Of a stretch of 64,000 nucleotides of DNA, positions 1 through 13,341 are shown in pieces. Positions within the stretch are counted from its first letter, which is position 1; every line of letters starts with the position of its first letter. The notes beneath the pieces are model-generated. The model had not been told where the DNA came from. It did no database searches and saw only the letters and a list, made by a program, of their open reading frames with translations. The translations under genes were made by a program, and so were the position numbers. Origin of the DNA: Lama guanicoe (Eukaryota); NCBI GenBank assembly GCA_013239625.1, contig MU054117.1:2914011-2978010 (forward strand), written 5' to 3'.

Positions 1-2847
1 GGGGCTAATTCCCACATCATAAGGCGCTCCAGGGGCGGGTCTCCTTACACAGCACCAGCGGACCTCCGAGCTGTGCACACACACACACACACACGTACCT
101 GGCATGTGGTGGTGCAAATACACCTCCGTCTGTCTAGTAGGCATACCTCTGTCTGTCTAAACACACACACATAAATATTCAGATTTTTCGTGTGTTAACA
201 AAAAGAGAAGCATTTCTGAAAAAAAAGGACACTTGAATATTTGACTAAATGACATTTAAGGTCCTTCTAACCTAGACAGTCCACAAGTTTACATCTGGCT
301 AATGTGTGGAGTGAGGGGTAGAACTCGCCATTTCGTGGTAGTGACTGGTGAGAGGTCTGTGGCTGCCTGAGGAAGCAGCTGTGGGCTGTTTTCATGAGAA
401 GGAATGAAAACCAGAGCGCTCGCCAAAAGATCCGCCAAGTGAAAGATGCAGGCAAAAGTAGCACCGTGTGCTGCTGCTTTGTGAATGAAAAATGTGTGTG
501 TGTGTGTGTCCACGCCCGCCTGCGTATGCGGAGGAACACTCTGGAAGGATCAAGGGGTGACGGGAGGCCAGGAGTCAGGGGAGGGGCCAGCCTCTGAGTG
601 TACCTCCCTCTGTGCCGGTCGAATTTGTGCCTTGTCATTAACGACCTACCCAGAGGGAAAGGTAATTAACAACACAGACAGAGGAGCTGCTTTGCAGCTG
701 AACCCCCCTTCCTGTTACCGCTCCTGCTTGATTGCTCCTTCTTTATCTGACTCTAAAATCTCATTCTCCTTCCCTGAGCACCTTCAGAGCACAGGAAGAT
801 TAATTTTGCCCATTGTGAATTCTAGCTAACGCACCACGCAGTCTGTTTACCCAGAAGCTCCCGCTCCTGGCGCCCAGCTGCTCGGGAGCAGTGTCAGGCA
901 GCGGGGCACTGGCAGGGAAACCTGGGCGTCAGGAGGACGGGGCTCTGACCTCGTTTTCCAGCCCTAACGAGCTTACTGGCTATGGGTTGGTCGCTGTCCC
1001 TCTCTGAGCCTCAGTTTCTTTCCTTTGTCAAATGAAGAGGCGGGTTTGAGCATGAAGGTCCCATCAGCACCGCTGGGCTGGGATCCCGCCCTGCAGAGGA
1101 CAGGCCGCCCTCCTCTCCCAGCCTCCCCAGACAAGGCTCGCTCTCCTGGGCCCCAGCGCGCCCTCCGGCCGCACGAGATGCCGCAAGACAAGTCCTGAGG
1201 TTCTGCAGTCATCTGTCTCTCCCTCCTAACCCTCCTTCCCTGTGTTTCAATTCCCAGCCTCCAGAGATTGCATCTCCGGCTTGGTTGATTAAGATGAGGC
1301 TTGAGGAAGAGTGCGGTCCCACGCTGAGCCGCTACCCCGGCTCCGGTGCGTGGCTGCTCGTTTCCATTTGCTGCTCTCCAGCCTGTAGATGTTTGCTGCT
1401 TTTAGGACTTGACTGAATTTTAAGAGCCCGAATCCTTCCTTCTATTTGTCAAGGCAAACGCCTTGTTGACCTGCTCTCAACGAGGAGGAAAGGATTCTGC
1501 TTGTTTACAAGGAAATACACTGTCCTTCCTCCGGTGCCCCAAGCGTGGGGACGGCAGGGCTGGTTGTGCTTTCAGTCAACGGCTTGGGAATGCATCTGTT
1601 TTTCAGTGGGAGATATCTCACTCGGGCAAAACTCCAAACCCAAACACATCTCCCCCCTCTCCCCCTGCTCAGTCCCAACCACTGCAGCACCCCACATGTG
1701 AGTCAGACAGCGAACCATGCGATCTAGGCCGATGGACCAACATTTTGCCAACACTCAGGTCAAGGCTTTTGAACAAGGAGAGTTGTTAACATGTGGAAAA
1801 CACCAAGCCTGGGTGAGTAAGACGGCTCTTCCCTCTGCGATCAGACTTCATACCCTGCTCGGCCCGGGACCAAGCACACAGGTAAATTTTGCAGAGTGAA
1901 TGCACGAGTGTGTGAATGATGGCCGGTCCCCATCCTGTGCACACACTTTCTGGAGTCAGCCACGTGTGGCCAGCACTTAACATCCTGGGACAGTTACTGA
2001 ACACCTCTGGACCTCGGTTTCCTCGTCCGTAAATCAGAGCTGATAATAAGAGTAGCTGCTACATGAGGATGCTGAGAAGGTCCAATGAGATAACGTTGGA
2101 CTTTCCACCCAAGTGAGGTATGTTCAGTGCCCAGTACAGTCCCTGAACTGAGTAGCTTTCAACAAACGTTTGCCACGTGACTGAGCCAATGAAAGCACGG
2201 ATCCACGAATGAACGGATACACTAGTGGGATTCCTCCCCCCCGGGCCTCAGAGCACACTTGTTCTCAAAGCCGGATGCTCCTGAGACTCATTCCTCAGGG
2301 ACCCCTCTCGCTCAGGTGCAGACCCAGCCCTGGACACTGAAAGCCGCAGTTTGTCAGCAAACCGGGCCGGGAGAGACGTGGGATTCCCCACTGGGACCCC
2401 GGAGAGGAGGGCTGGTTGGGGAAAAGGACAGGCAGAGCAGAGGGAAGCTCCCAGGGGCCCACGGAACCATATGCTGTCCTCGGAAGTCCCCCTGCTCTGC
2501 CCTGACCACCTCGGTCTCCCAGGTCTCCGGAGCACAACGGCCACGCGTGGTCTCTGCTCCACTCAGCTCTCCCGCAGCCCGCCTTCCACCTGTTGGCTGG
2601 ACAGCGTCTGTCTAATTACATAGTGCATTTCCCCAGAATGAGACTCTGCGTGTCTCATCCATCCCAGTAACGCCTGGCACAGAGCTGGCCTGCTTACTGG
2701 TCTCAGGATCCGAGACAAAGGTTCCAAGAAGCCACAGCCCTATGTTATGAGCAAGGAGAAGGGTCGGGAGGGTGGGGGCAGTGCTGACAGGCTCACAGCA
2801 GGGGATGGAGCCCGAGGGCAGCGCGGGGGTGCAGGGGCTGAACTCAC

Positions 2848-3035
2848 ATCTCCTTCTCCTGGTGCAGCTTGCAGGCCTCTCGCTGCAGGCTCTCCAGCTG
2901 CTGCTGCGCTTCCTGCAGCTCCCGGGCCGTCCGCTCCAGCTCCCGGGCCAGCTCCTGGTTTGTGAGCCTCAGCTTGGTGTTCTCGGCCCTGGTTTCCTGC
3001 TTGTCATTGCTCAGGGCGGCACACTGGCCTTCCAG
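2848..3035 (-). CDS. CRACR2A: CRACR2A coding exon 7 (188 nt; [35 protein letters not shown]...KLHQEKE(M)); gene continues beyond the left edge
   Basis: Acceptor ttcctttccag|CTG and donor AT|GTGAGT. Phase 0 to 2. I did not find the next exon (EVYRVTESLQ...) in 1-2847. Confidence 0.95.
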
Positions 3036-4893
3036 CTGGAAAGGAACCGGGGCCAGGGGTGTGCAGAGGGTGAGCACCGCCATGGTCAGGCTGGCCTGCC
3101 CCCGCCACCCCGCTTTCCCCGCTTGCTGGGCTGAACCTGCCCCGCGGCCCCTCACTGCCTCCAGCCTCGGGGAGCTCTGTCTTCCCCGTCGTTCACACAC
3201 ACACACTCTCGGAGGCAGGCGGGCTTCCAGAGCACACCTCGTCCCGTCCCCGTCTCTGCGGGGCCACCGAACAGGCCGCGGGAGCGGCGCCACCCAGAGA
3301 CCGCCAGGAAAGGAAACGCCACGTCGTCTGTGTCCCTTGCCCCGGTGACAGAGAGCCTCATCTCATCAGTGGTCTCATCGGTGGCCTTGAGATCTGACCT
3401 AACTCCCTCTTCTCCTTTACGCTGATTTCCTTCCCTTGGTCCTCGATGGAGGCGGGAACATGTGATGCCGTTTTCCTAAAACCGCCCCTCCCGGTCATGA
3501 GTCCTAAGAGCCCACCCGTTCAGCCCTTTCCTCCTCTCCGCTGAGCCAGTTCAGCGCCTTGAATCCAGAGAAGCTTGGTGTGGGTAGCCAGAAACCCTGG
3601 AAACTCTCAGGGAAGAGCTCAGACAGGTCAGACCGGACACACACCACTTCTCACGTCCCTGAAGCAACTGAAAACCCTGCGTTTGTATCGCCTCAGCTTT
3701 CCTTGGCTGGTGATGATGCTGTGCAGTGCTTCCAGCCCTCTCACCAGAGGAAGACTCAAACCAAGGCAAATAGACCATCACACATTCAGTGCAATGAACG
3801 TGGCCAGAAGGAGGAGGAGGAGGCCGCAACAAGGCATCTTGTATGATTCTCAAGAGGCTCCTGTGTAATCAGGCGAGCATGCAGTAATTAAGTGGAGTGG
3901 CAATCATTCAGGGGAGGATAAATCTAATTGGTAAGAACTTAATGCAGAGGAGTGAGGAGGAGGAAGGGAACAAGGAGTGTCTGTGCAGGGGGAGGGGAAC
4001 GCTCTGAGAGTGTCTTGCTGCAGGAGAGAAACCAAAATCTGCAGGTTGGGTGCTCACGGGAGTGATGCAGTCTCCAGCCTTAGCATGGGGTGTCTTCAAG
4101 CGCACTTTAATGTGTCGCTAAAAACAGCCCTCTCTATTCACATGGAAGCAATGCGTCTGGGTCTGTCCAGGGCTGGATTCCTTCCAGCATCAGACAAAAC
4201 AAAACAGGAGGCCAAGTGGAGTCCGGGCCTCTCTCCTCTATGAGCCCTTGCTTTGGAGAGGAGGCTGCGAGCGTGAGGTGTGCCTCGGTAATCAGTCTCC
4301 CAGCCATGGTGGAAGGACACCACCCCACACAGTGTACCACTCAGCCCGTCTCTGGCGCTCAGGTGCCTGTCTCCATCCTGGAGGGTGACAGGAACCGTCC
4401 CAAAGGACGCTGGTGCACCTTGTCCGGCACACGAGAAGACGGGATGGCCAAGCTGACCTTTGAAGAGCCTCTTCCACCTGGAGGCACCCCTGGCCATCCT
4501 GGCAGGAAGACGTGACAGTCCACAGCCTCCCCCCAGATATCAGTGACCGTGTCCCGCCAACCTCAGCATCCCCGCCCTGCCTCACACAGGATACAGGAAA
4601 CATGTTACACTTTGGCCTTCTGGTGGCTCCTGGGCAGAAGCATGCAATGATGCCTGCAGGTACTTCGAGGGGGAATTCTCGGCAATTTTCCCAAGTGCAA
4701 CACCTGGCACGGGAGAGGTGAAGGCTTTATCTTGGAATTACCTATAATTTCTAATGCTCTCTTTTGTATAGCTAAATGCTTCTTCTCAGATGAAAAGAAA
4801 AAGTCCTTAAGCAAATGGCAGGGAGAGCGGGCAGGAGCCAGAGCCGAGGGGGAGGAAGGGTCTGGCCCTCTGAGGACACGGACAGGAGTGTAC

Positions 4894-4989
4894 CCGCTTC
4901 TGCTTCTGGGTCAGCTGCTCCAGCTCCTGCTCCTTGGAGAACAGCTTCTGTTCCAGCTCCTGACTGCGGGCCTGGAACCTCTCCGTGTC
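4894..4989 (-). CDS. CRACR2A: CRACR2A coding exon 6 (96 nt; DTERFQARSQELEQKLFSKEQELEQLTQKQKR)
   Basis: Acceptor cttcctggcttggcag|GAC and donor CGG|GTACAC. Phase 0 to 0. Confidence 0.95.
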
Positions 4990-6089
4990 CTGCCAAGCCA
5001 GGAAGAGCGACACATGAGGCCCAAATGCACCCGGGATGGAGATTTTTTTCCACCTTGAATCTGCTCCACCACAGGGCCCGCCCATCCTTTGGACCTTGAG
5101 GCCCTTCCCACAAGCTCCCAGTGTCTCACTGCCTCGCCGGCACAGAGCGTTGAGGCGGCCTGTTATGCTGGAGCTGGACGTGCAGGTGGTTAAATATTTC
5201 CCTCGTGGACTCACAGCGCGAGAGATGGAGAGATCCAGCCAGGGGTCCAGCCTTTCCAGCTGTCCTCAACTGTAGCCCCGCCATCCTCACGCTGTGGCCA
5301 GGCGAAGCCTGTGTACCCAGGGGCTTAACAGCCTGGCCAAACACATCTTCACAGCTTCCGTGTTTATGCAAACAGCATGAATCTAAGCACTGAGGCTGAA
5401 AGGCGTTTGGGTCTCAGGGGCACCGAGGAGGGAGAAGCCGGGGCAGGAGGGGAGAGGTGGAGGCGCAGGCTCCACGTGCTCAGGCGGCCTCACTGGTGCA
5501 CACTTGGCCGAGAATTTTTCTCCTCCGACCTCTTCCCACTCACCATCCCCGGGCCTTGGCCCACCCTTTGTGCTGGAAGCCCACCTCTTTCCTTAGCTAC
5601 GACCTTTAACTTACAGTCATGGTTTGGGTAGAGGGTGCTGAATGCCCCCCAGAGCTCAGCCCCTCTGAGCAGAAGGCCACTGGGGTAAAAGGGTGGCTGT
5701 CCTATCTGGGGGGCCGGGGTAGGGGGAGGCTGCTGTTCTTGGAAATCTCTGGCCGCGTCTGCAAGGGGAGGAGCTGAGTCCTGTCTGCATGTCCCGCTTC
5801 ATCACACAAGAGGCCGGACACAGCCGGAACGCATGGGAGCCCTAAGAAGCAAGCGGGGGCGGTCTGGAAATACCGACCCTGTGCAGGGGCCCTGGGAGAA
5901 CATGGCCGGCTTTTTCTGGGAGGCATTCAGACGCCCTTTCAGTCTGGACATCTGTGATCATAAATGGGGCTGCGGTGTGGATAATCGGAAGCAGCATAAA
6001 ATGAAAGACCGATTCAAACCAGCCTGCACCAAGGAGGAGGGAAGGGGCCTGACAACAGCTCAGGTCTGCGCTGAGAGGCAGCGGGTGAC

Positions 6090-6420
6090 AGGGTCCCGTG
6101 TTCAAAATTCTATGTTGACTCTTAACTCCCAAGGTGACGGCCCCAGGCGGTGGGCCCTGTAGGGCTGATCGGGTCATGAGGACAGAACCCACGTCAGTGG
6201 GATTCGAGCCCCCATCGGAGACGCCAGGGGACCTGCCTGTCCACCCGAGGACACAGAGAGCGCTGGGCAGCCCGCAGCCGGGAGCAGGGCGCTCAGCAGG
6301 ACCCGGCCGTGCTGGCCCCCTGCCGTGGGCTTCTAGCCTCCAAAACTGTGCGAAATAAGTACTAGTTGTGTATAAGCCACCGGGTTATGGTATTTTTGCC
6401 ATGGCTTGGACTAAGCCAGG
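6090..6420 (+). mobile_element. MLT1/MST-type MaLR LTR
   Basis: CTTCTAGCCTCCAAAACTGTGCGAAATAAG...TAAGCCACC...TATGGTATTTT. Confidence 0.7.
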
Positions 6421-6837
6421 AGAACACCGTTTGAGACCGAAGACTTTTCTGCTGAGAACCCACTCAGCGGAGAATCCAAAGACGGATCATAGAGCGTTGC
6501 CTGTAGCTCTGTTTTAGGAGTGTGTTCCCCTGCTTAGCCTGGAAAAGGAGGGGACGTCACTGCTTCTGACCTCCCGAGACAAACAGCAGGGCTTGGGGGA
6601 AGGCGAAGGACAGGCTAGAAGCAGGGGTGTGAGTCTGACGTCTCCCCCGGGCATTGAGAAGGGGAGGAGTTTGCGTTGCCCTGGGAGTTAAATTCTCTAG
6701 GTGCCGAAGGGGAAGGGGGAAGCCCCGGGTCTACTGAGGGGGCTGCGGGGCATGGAGCGGGACGGGCTGGTGCGCCTGGGGGCGGCCCAGGCCCGGGCCC
6801 GGCTTCAGGCTGCTCCCACTGGTAAAGCACCTTCATC

Positions 6838-7090
6838 CTTTTGTGCATTTATTCCTTCCTTCGTTTGCTCACTTGTTCATTCATTTATTGATTCAACACA
6901 CACGCCGAGCACCTGCTGACTACGCCCCAGGCGTGGTGGAGGTGCTGCGGCTATGTCAGTGCATCAGAGATAAAGATCTCCCTCTCTGGGGCTCACGTGT
7001 TAGAAGGACCAGGCGGATCACAGTCGATAAGAATAAACCAACCAGTAAATGATGCACCACGTTGAAGGTGACGACTGCCTTGGAAGAAAC
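6838..7090 (-). mobile_element. L2 3' fragment
   Basis: (TTCA)n-like run followed by GAGCACCTGCTGACTACGCCCCAGGC...AAAGATCTCCCTCTCTGGGGCTCAC. Confidence 0.65.
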
Positions 7091-7225
7091 CAACAACGCA
7101 GAGAAACAGGAAGCCAACAGTGCAGTGGGCGGCGGGCACCCTGCAGGCTTAGGTGGGGGGAGGCGGTCCGGGCAGGTGAGGGTTCAGCCCGGCCCGCAGC
7201 CAGGCCCCGGGACGGGGGCTCTTAC

Positions 7226-7316
7226 CTTCAGGAGGAACTTCTCCTTCTCGCTTTTGATTTGTTGCTCCATCTCCTCATAGAGGTGCTGGATTTCTTCGTC
7301 ATAAGCAGCAATTTTC
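7226..7316 (-). CDS. CRACR2A: CRACR2A coding exon 5 (91 nt; (K)[30 protein letters not shown]), coiled coil
   Basis: Acceptor cttctgtcggcag|G and donor AAG|GTAAGA. Phase 2 to 0. Read directly from the sequence; this frame is not in the ORF track. Confidence 0.96.
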
Positions 7317-10300
7317 CTGCCGACAGAAGCAGAGTCTGATGAGATTGACACCGAGACCCCCCTGTCCCGCGGTGGGGAGTCCCAGAGCTCTGGGCGGAGA
7401 GGGTGACTGCATCGCAGGTCAGGTCAGCCAAGGCTGCAGGGCCAGCTGACCCCAGGGGCCCGGCCGAACCCTCTCATCCTCCTGTCTCCTGGCCGTCACT
7501 CCCCCGGCTCTAGCTTCCTGTCCGCTGCTGCACTTGCCAGCTGCTTGCCCACTGATCCCTGTGGTGTTGGCAGCACAAAGGTGTGTCGTGCTGGCTTCTT
7601 TTCTGCTTGGTTTCTTGGCTTCTCTCTTTCCCCCTCTGGATGCTGTCCCTCTGCCTAGCTGCATCAGCACCGTCTGAACTGTACTTGCCTGGAAATTGTG
7701 TGCTGAACTTTGTGTGACCCGCACTTCTCAGCAGATTTTCCAGAGGGGCCCTGGTGGTGACCGCCACCACCATCACCACACCCCTCCATAGGAAGGGCCC
7801 CACACCTGGCCAAGGGCTCAGGCCGTCTCGGCACAGGGCGAGGCTGGTTAAATGCTGAGGGTGGTGCTGACACGTCCTCACCCCTGCTCTCAGCATCCTC
7901 TCCTCCTCTGGAGAGCCCCACAGGACAGGAAGTAAGTAGCTGGGCTCCTGCACGGAGACGGAGACAGACGTGGCTCGGGGACAAGGTCTGTGGGCCACCC
8001 CAGGGCGGCTCCTCCTTCTCTCCCAGTAACGGATCCTCCCCCAAGTTCAAACGGGAGGGACTGGGTGTTAGCACCTGAACCAGGACCAGAAGTGACCACA
8101 CGTGGCATTCCCAGGGGACTGCGTCTTCACGCCTCCTGTCCAAAGAGGGTGTATGAAAGGCCCTTGTGGCCCCTCCCTCCCTCCCCTCTTTCTCTCCTGT
8201 TACAGGGGCTCTAGGCTCCAGCAAGCAGGTGGATGGCGTGGCTCTCAAGGTCTGTTCTGAACACACAACACACACACCTACCGCAAATTTCGGCACCTGC
8301 CCTTCTAAATGCAAACGCTGCCCCTCCTCGTCCTTTACTCGAGGAAACATGCTTTTATAATTGAGGAAAGAGCCCTGGTTCTCAGTTCTGAGAAGTACTG
8401 GGGAGATTCTGAAGAATACAACAAGGATGGGAAAGCATTCATTCCTCGGAGCCTTCCACCCTTCAAATACACACCTCCTGTATCTTGATGTCCCCCGGGA
8501 CTCTGGTCCGGCGCCCTCCCTGCTGCCCGAGGCTGCCCGCAGCCCACTGCCTGCCCTTCCTCACTCACTGCCTGTCAGGGGAGCACTGACTGCCATTTTG
8601 ATCGGCATCCTTCCAGTCCTACAGAAACCACACAACAGACCCGGACGCGGGAACTGGTGTGGGTCTCCGTGGTCCAGGTCACTCATCTGTCTTTGCTCCC
8701 TTTCTTGGTTGGACCCCCAAGACCACCAGCCTGACTTAGAGTGAATATGACATTGGCCCGGGGAATGCTGAGCGAGAGAGGACAGCTCTCCAAGACCCCA
8801 AGAGCGGAGGCTCTGTGTTCACCACTGGGTTCCCCGTCCCCAGAGTAACACGTGTCTTTTTGGCTAAGAGTGAGAAATCTTGTCTTGGTAAATGACAAAT
8901 GTTTGGACTGTCACTTTGGTTCTTAGCTAACCCATAACAACTACAAGGAAATAGTGGCAAGAAATAGGGAGTGAAGGCACCTGCTGTGGAACAGGGCCAC
9001 CCCAGGGACACAAATGAATACGTTTTCATGGAAATTCCAGAAAGAAAGATGGTCTTCCCTTGGTCCCTGGACTTCTCTTCCTGTGTGCAAAGAAATTCAG
9101 ATGCTGGATGTAAATGGTACTGAGGAAAACTTTAGAGACAGTGATTCCAGCCATATGGGTACCAGAGAACTAATAAAGGGAGATGAGAAAAACTTAAAAA
9201 TGGATTTGGTGCTGTTAAAGCAATACTAATTACAACCATTCATATGAGCTGTTTACCATTCAGGCCTAATAACCATGCAGGGCATTCATTTAACACTGTC
9301 ATTAAATGTGTTATATTAACTTGAAATTTTATTTGATTAAATTAAGAAACTCTATGCTTTTTGTGCTCACATGTCAGTTTGTTGTCGTGAAGTCAGTAAC
9401 TTTGCAAATTGCTCAACAAAACAACAAAGAAATAGAGGAAAGATAGATGGATCTTCTGAAGGGAACCTCCCCCCAGCCCTCACCACAAAGGATGTGCCCA
9501 CCACCAAGAGGCCCTGGGACCCCGGTGGGCGTCCAGCATCCTGGACCCCAGCAGACTCAGACACGGAACCCACGCTTTGGAAATGCTTTTGAACAAAGCT
9601 GGCCTCCTGCCAAGGCCCGAGTGACTTCAGAGGGTGAGCCCTGACTCAGGGCTGGACACCCGAGCCCCGGGAATAGGAACATGAAGGCCCTACGCACACC
9701 CCTCGCATCACTGAACCAGCCCAGGGGGCAGGAGACCGGGGTTCTGATCCCAGAGCCGGCTCATTTCCTCCACGCGACCTTGGGCAAGTGCTCCGACCTC
9801 CTGCGACCCGGGGACTGGTGTTCCCTCTGGCCTCGTTGCGATGATGAACGGGAGGGCAAAGCGGTGGAAGCCACGAAGCCTAAGCACATGTCAGGGCTGA
9901 TTTACCGTCGTAATTGCTGTCTGGGGCTGCGGCGGGCGGGGGCCGGCGCCCCGCAAAGGAGGACGGTCTTGGTTTCGAGGAGAAAAGGCTGCTGGGTTTG
10001 GAAAGGGTCAGAGGCCATCAGGAAGATGAAGAACGGAAAGCCTGGTCAACACCACCTCCCAACGGAGCAGCCCATCCGCGACCGGCCCCGGCTGAGCAGG
10101 AGCCGCGGCGCCAGCAGCCTGCCCACCGGGGGCCCCGTGGCGGCCGTGGGAACAGGCCCAGGGGGAGACTCGGGAGAGCCCGGCCCCGGGCGCCCCGCGT
10201 CCTGCCCCCGAAGGAAGGAGGCGGCCCGTTATGTTTGCTTATTAACCACCCCTTGTGGCCACCGTCTCTGAAACCACTCGTGTGGCCTGATGCACGCAAC

Positions 10301-10979
10301 AGACTTCGGGGTCTTCTTCGAAGAGAACTTCCCCATCAATCCCAGCGCACTGCCCCCCACCCCAGACCTCCGAGGACAGCACACGTCTTTGCCGGAACAT
10401 TTCATTTCAAAGCTCTGAACAGTGGTTTCTTTTGGGTTTATGCTGTTGAAACTAGGTTGTGAACACTCAGACATTATGTCACCCACGGGGCCTGTGCTCA
10501 AACTGTTAAGGCTGCAAATCTGTAGGAAATACAGCTAAGGCTTTGGATACCAAACTCAGAAGCCCATGGACCACATTGGGGGAATACCGGCTTCCAGGGG
10601 AGTTCAAAACCTGCAGGGTTGGAAAGTTTGCCTGATCCAACCACCTGTTTTTCCAGTGTTAAATCCTTGCTACAATATCCCCACCAAGTATTCACCCAAA
10701 CTGGGTTACAACGGTCCCAGTGGCAGGGAATGCTGGGTCTCTAAGCAGTTCTTTCTTCTATGGAATATTCTGCCCCATAGAAATATGTCCTTTCTATGAC
10801 CTTGTGCATCTTCTGCAGATATTTTAAAACAGTGTTAAGACTTGAAGGAGTCTCCTTGAGTTGAGGCCACGCCTCTCCATTTCTGCCAGCCACGTCTTAC
10901 GTGGAATTTGTCCTCTTTGTAAGTCTTTTCACTGTCGTCCCCTTTACTCTAATTTAGCCTTCTCAGTCCACGGAGCCCC

Positions 10980-11330
10980 ACACTGAATGCCCAGTGTGTG
11001 AGTCTGATTGGTGCAGGTGGGAGCTGGACGACTGCTCTCCTGACCCGGACGCCACGTATCTAGTCATGCAGCCCAGAAGCACATTCACTTTTCTTGGCAG
11101 CCACACTACAGTGGATGAATGCCGAGCCCGTTTGTCAGCTGAAACCTCTAAACCTTATGGCTGTGTGCTTGTTTTTGTTTTAAAGATGGTACCACTGAAT
11201 CCTCTCCCTCCCACCTTGTGTTTCTGCCACTGGCGTTTTGGATTTTGGCAAGGTCTCAAATGTAATTCTGTTAGATTTTATGTTTGTTTAGATTCAGTCC
11301 ATCTTTCTAGATTGTCACTATCTTAATGGG
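10980..11330 (-). mobile_element. CR1/L3-like LINE remnant
   Basis: ATGCAGCCCAGAAGCACATTCACTTTTCTTGGCAGCCAC...TTGTCAGCTGAAACCTCTAAA resembles L3. Confidence 0.5.
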
Positions 11331-11349
11331 TCCCAACTGGTTGCTCAAT

Positions 11350-11880
11350 GACCTTCCAAGCTGTGTTGATACTTTGAATGTTCAATCATAATGTAAGCCA
11401 AATAATCCACAATGTTGGTTTTGATTATTTATCTGAGAGTTACTTAGAGGAACATTTTTAAAAATATACAAACTACTGGTTTCTAGTTTTATTGTATTAT
11501 TGTAAGAGAATATATTGGTAAGGAATTTACTTTTTGGAATCTATTAGCCTTTCCTTTGTAGCCCCATATGATCAGTTTTTACATAAGTTCTATGAGTAGA
11601 ATGTCTCATAGAACCACTCCACAGCTTGCTGGTTGATGTTTCAAATACTTTGTATATTTAATCTGCTTTTTGCTAGATGAATGTCAAATTTGAGATAAGT
11701 TTGCTAAAATTCTTCTAAAGTTTTGTCTTTATCAATTTTCCTTTTGCTTTTCCAAGTTTCTGCTTTATGTATTTTGTTGCTATGTTGTTTGGTACATAAG
11801 GGTTTGTATCTGTTATATCTTCTTTATGGATGGAACTTTTTTTTATTACTACAAAATATTTTCCCTCGTCTCCCTTTATT
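11350..11880 (-). mobile_element. Ancient L1 fragment (T-rich on the + strand)
   Basis: TGCTTTATGTATTTTGTTGCTATGTTGTTTGGTACATAAG resembles antisense old L1 ORF2 sequence. Confidence 0.55.
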
Positions 11881-13295
11881 CATGCCATTAGTAAAAATGT
11901 TGAACAAAACAAGGAGAACAATCTATAACAAAGCTCTCTGAGCTACTAATTAATAACATGTGGGCATAAATATGCAATCTGTCTTCTACTAGCCATTCTC
12001 AAAACACTCTGCTCCTCCAGGGATGTGTTTAATTATTTCATTCTATGCCATCTGTGCCCAGTTATTTTGAGCAACAGAGGAAGGAGGAGAAAAAGAAGAG
12101 AGAGAAAAGAGAGGGAGGGAAACAAACATGAGTTCTCAGGGGGACAGAGGACAGACGTATGAGGAGCCAGGGAGAGTAGGTAATAGTCATGATCACGACT
12201 ATTTACCCTCTCCTTTCTGTCTCCCTGTGATGGCTGGATAGCCCCTCTTGCAGAGTCCAGGGTGGTCTAGGCCATAATCCCCTGCTGACAGCTACAGCTG
12301 GCTTAGAGTTCATGAGACTCAGAGTGAGAAAGTCTCTGTTCAAATCATGGTTCTGACACTTATAAGCTTTCTGGCCTTGGACAAACCATCTTATGTCAGC
12401 GAGCCTGAGGTTTTCTGCATCTGGAAAATCAGGTGGTAACAGCTATGTCAGAAAGAAGTCACCAGGACTAAGTCAGATAATGCTTGTCCAGCGTGACAGG
12501 GAGCAGAGAGTCCGCATTTACTACATTCTAATTAAATAAGTTCTCTGATCCTCCAGAGGCCTGGGGATCCCATTTTGAAAGTTGTTTCTCTTAAAATTCC
12601 TTCAGATGTCAGCCAATAAGCAAGTAGAAACTGAAGGAAAATCACGCAGCCGTCTGGTGTGTGCTGTGTGAAGATGTGTGCAGGGATGTGTGCAGAAGCA
12701 GGGAGGCAGGAGGGACAGAAGACATGGGACGGACACAGAGGGGTGGCTCAGGAGAGAAGACTGTGTGGAGAGAGATCCATTGGGTCGCCACCAACATTAC
12801 AAAGTACTGATTAAATTCTTCGTAAAGCCACATTTGGGGAAAAACAATTTGGACTTCCAGAATGGTCTCTGCACACCAGGAATTGAGCATTTATGAACTT
12901 CAAGTCCAGCTGAAGTGGCGCGGAGGAAAGGAACAGGCAGAAGAAGCCACACACCACGAAGCAGGCCCTTTGCAAGCTCCAGCTGACACAATTCTGTGAC
13001 CTGTGACTGCAGAGCCCTGGCTGAGGCAGGAAGCGGGAGAAGGCCCCCTGCTGCGATGGTGGGGAGGGTGTAGGGTCCTCAGGGGAAAAGCTAAGAAAGG
13101 CTGAGTCCAGAAGAGGGAGATTTTCCTCAGCTGGGGGAAGGACAACACTTTGGTACTGAGGATGCTGCTCGGGCTGTGATGGGTCTGAAAGGGTGGGGCC
13201 CCCTGAGCGCCAGGCTGAGAGGCCCAGGTCCCAGCTCGAGGATGCTGTACCATCCAGGGCGTCTGAGTTCAGAAGATGCACCTCTCTGAAGGATG

Positions 13296-13297
<2 letters not shown>

Positions 13298-13341
<44 letters not shown>

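Noticed and set aside
11723..11941. Hydrophobic 72-aa ORF resembling a membrane peptide
   Set aside because: Arises from T-rich antisense L1 sequence and has a TTG start.
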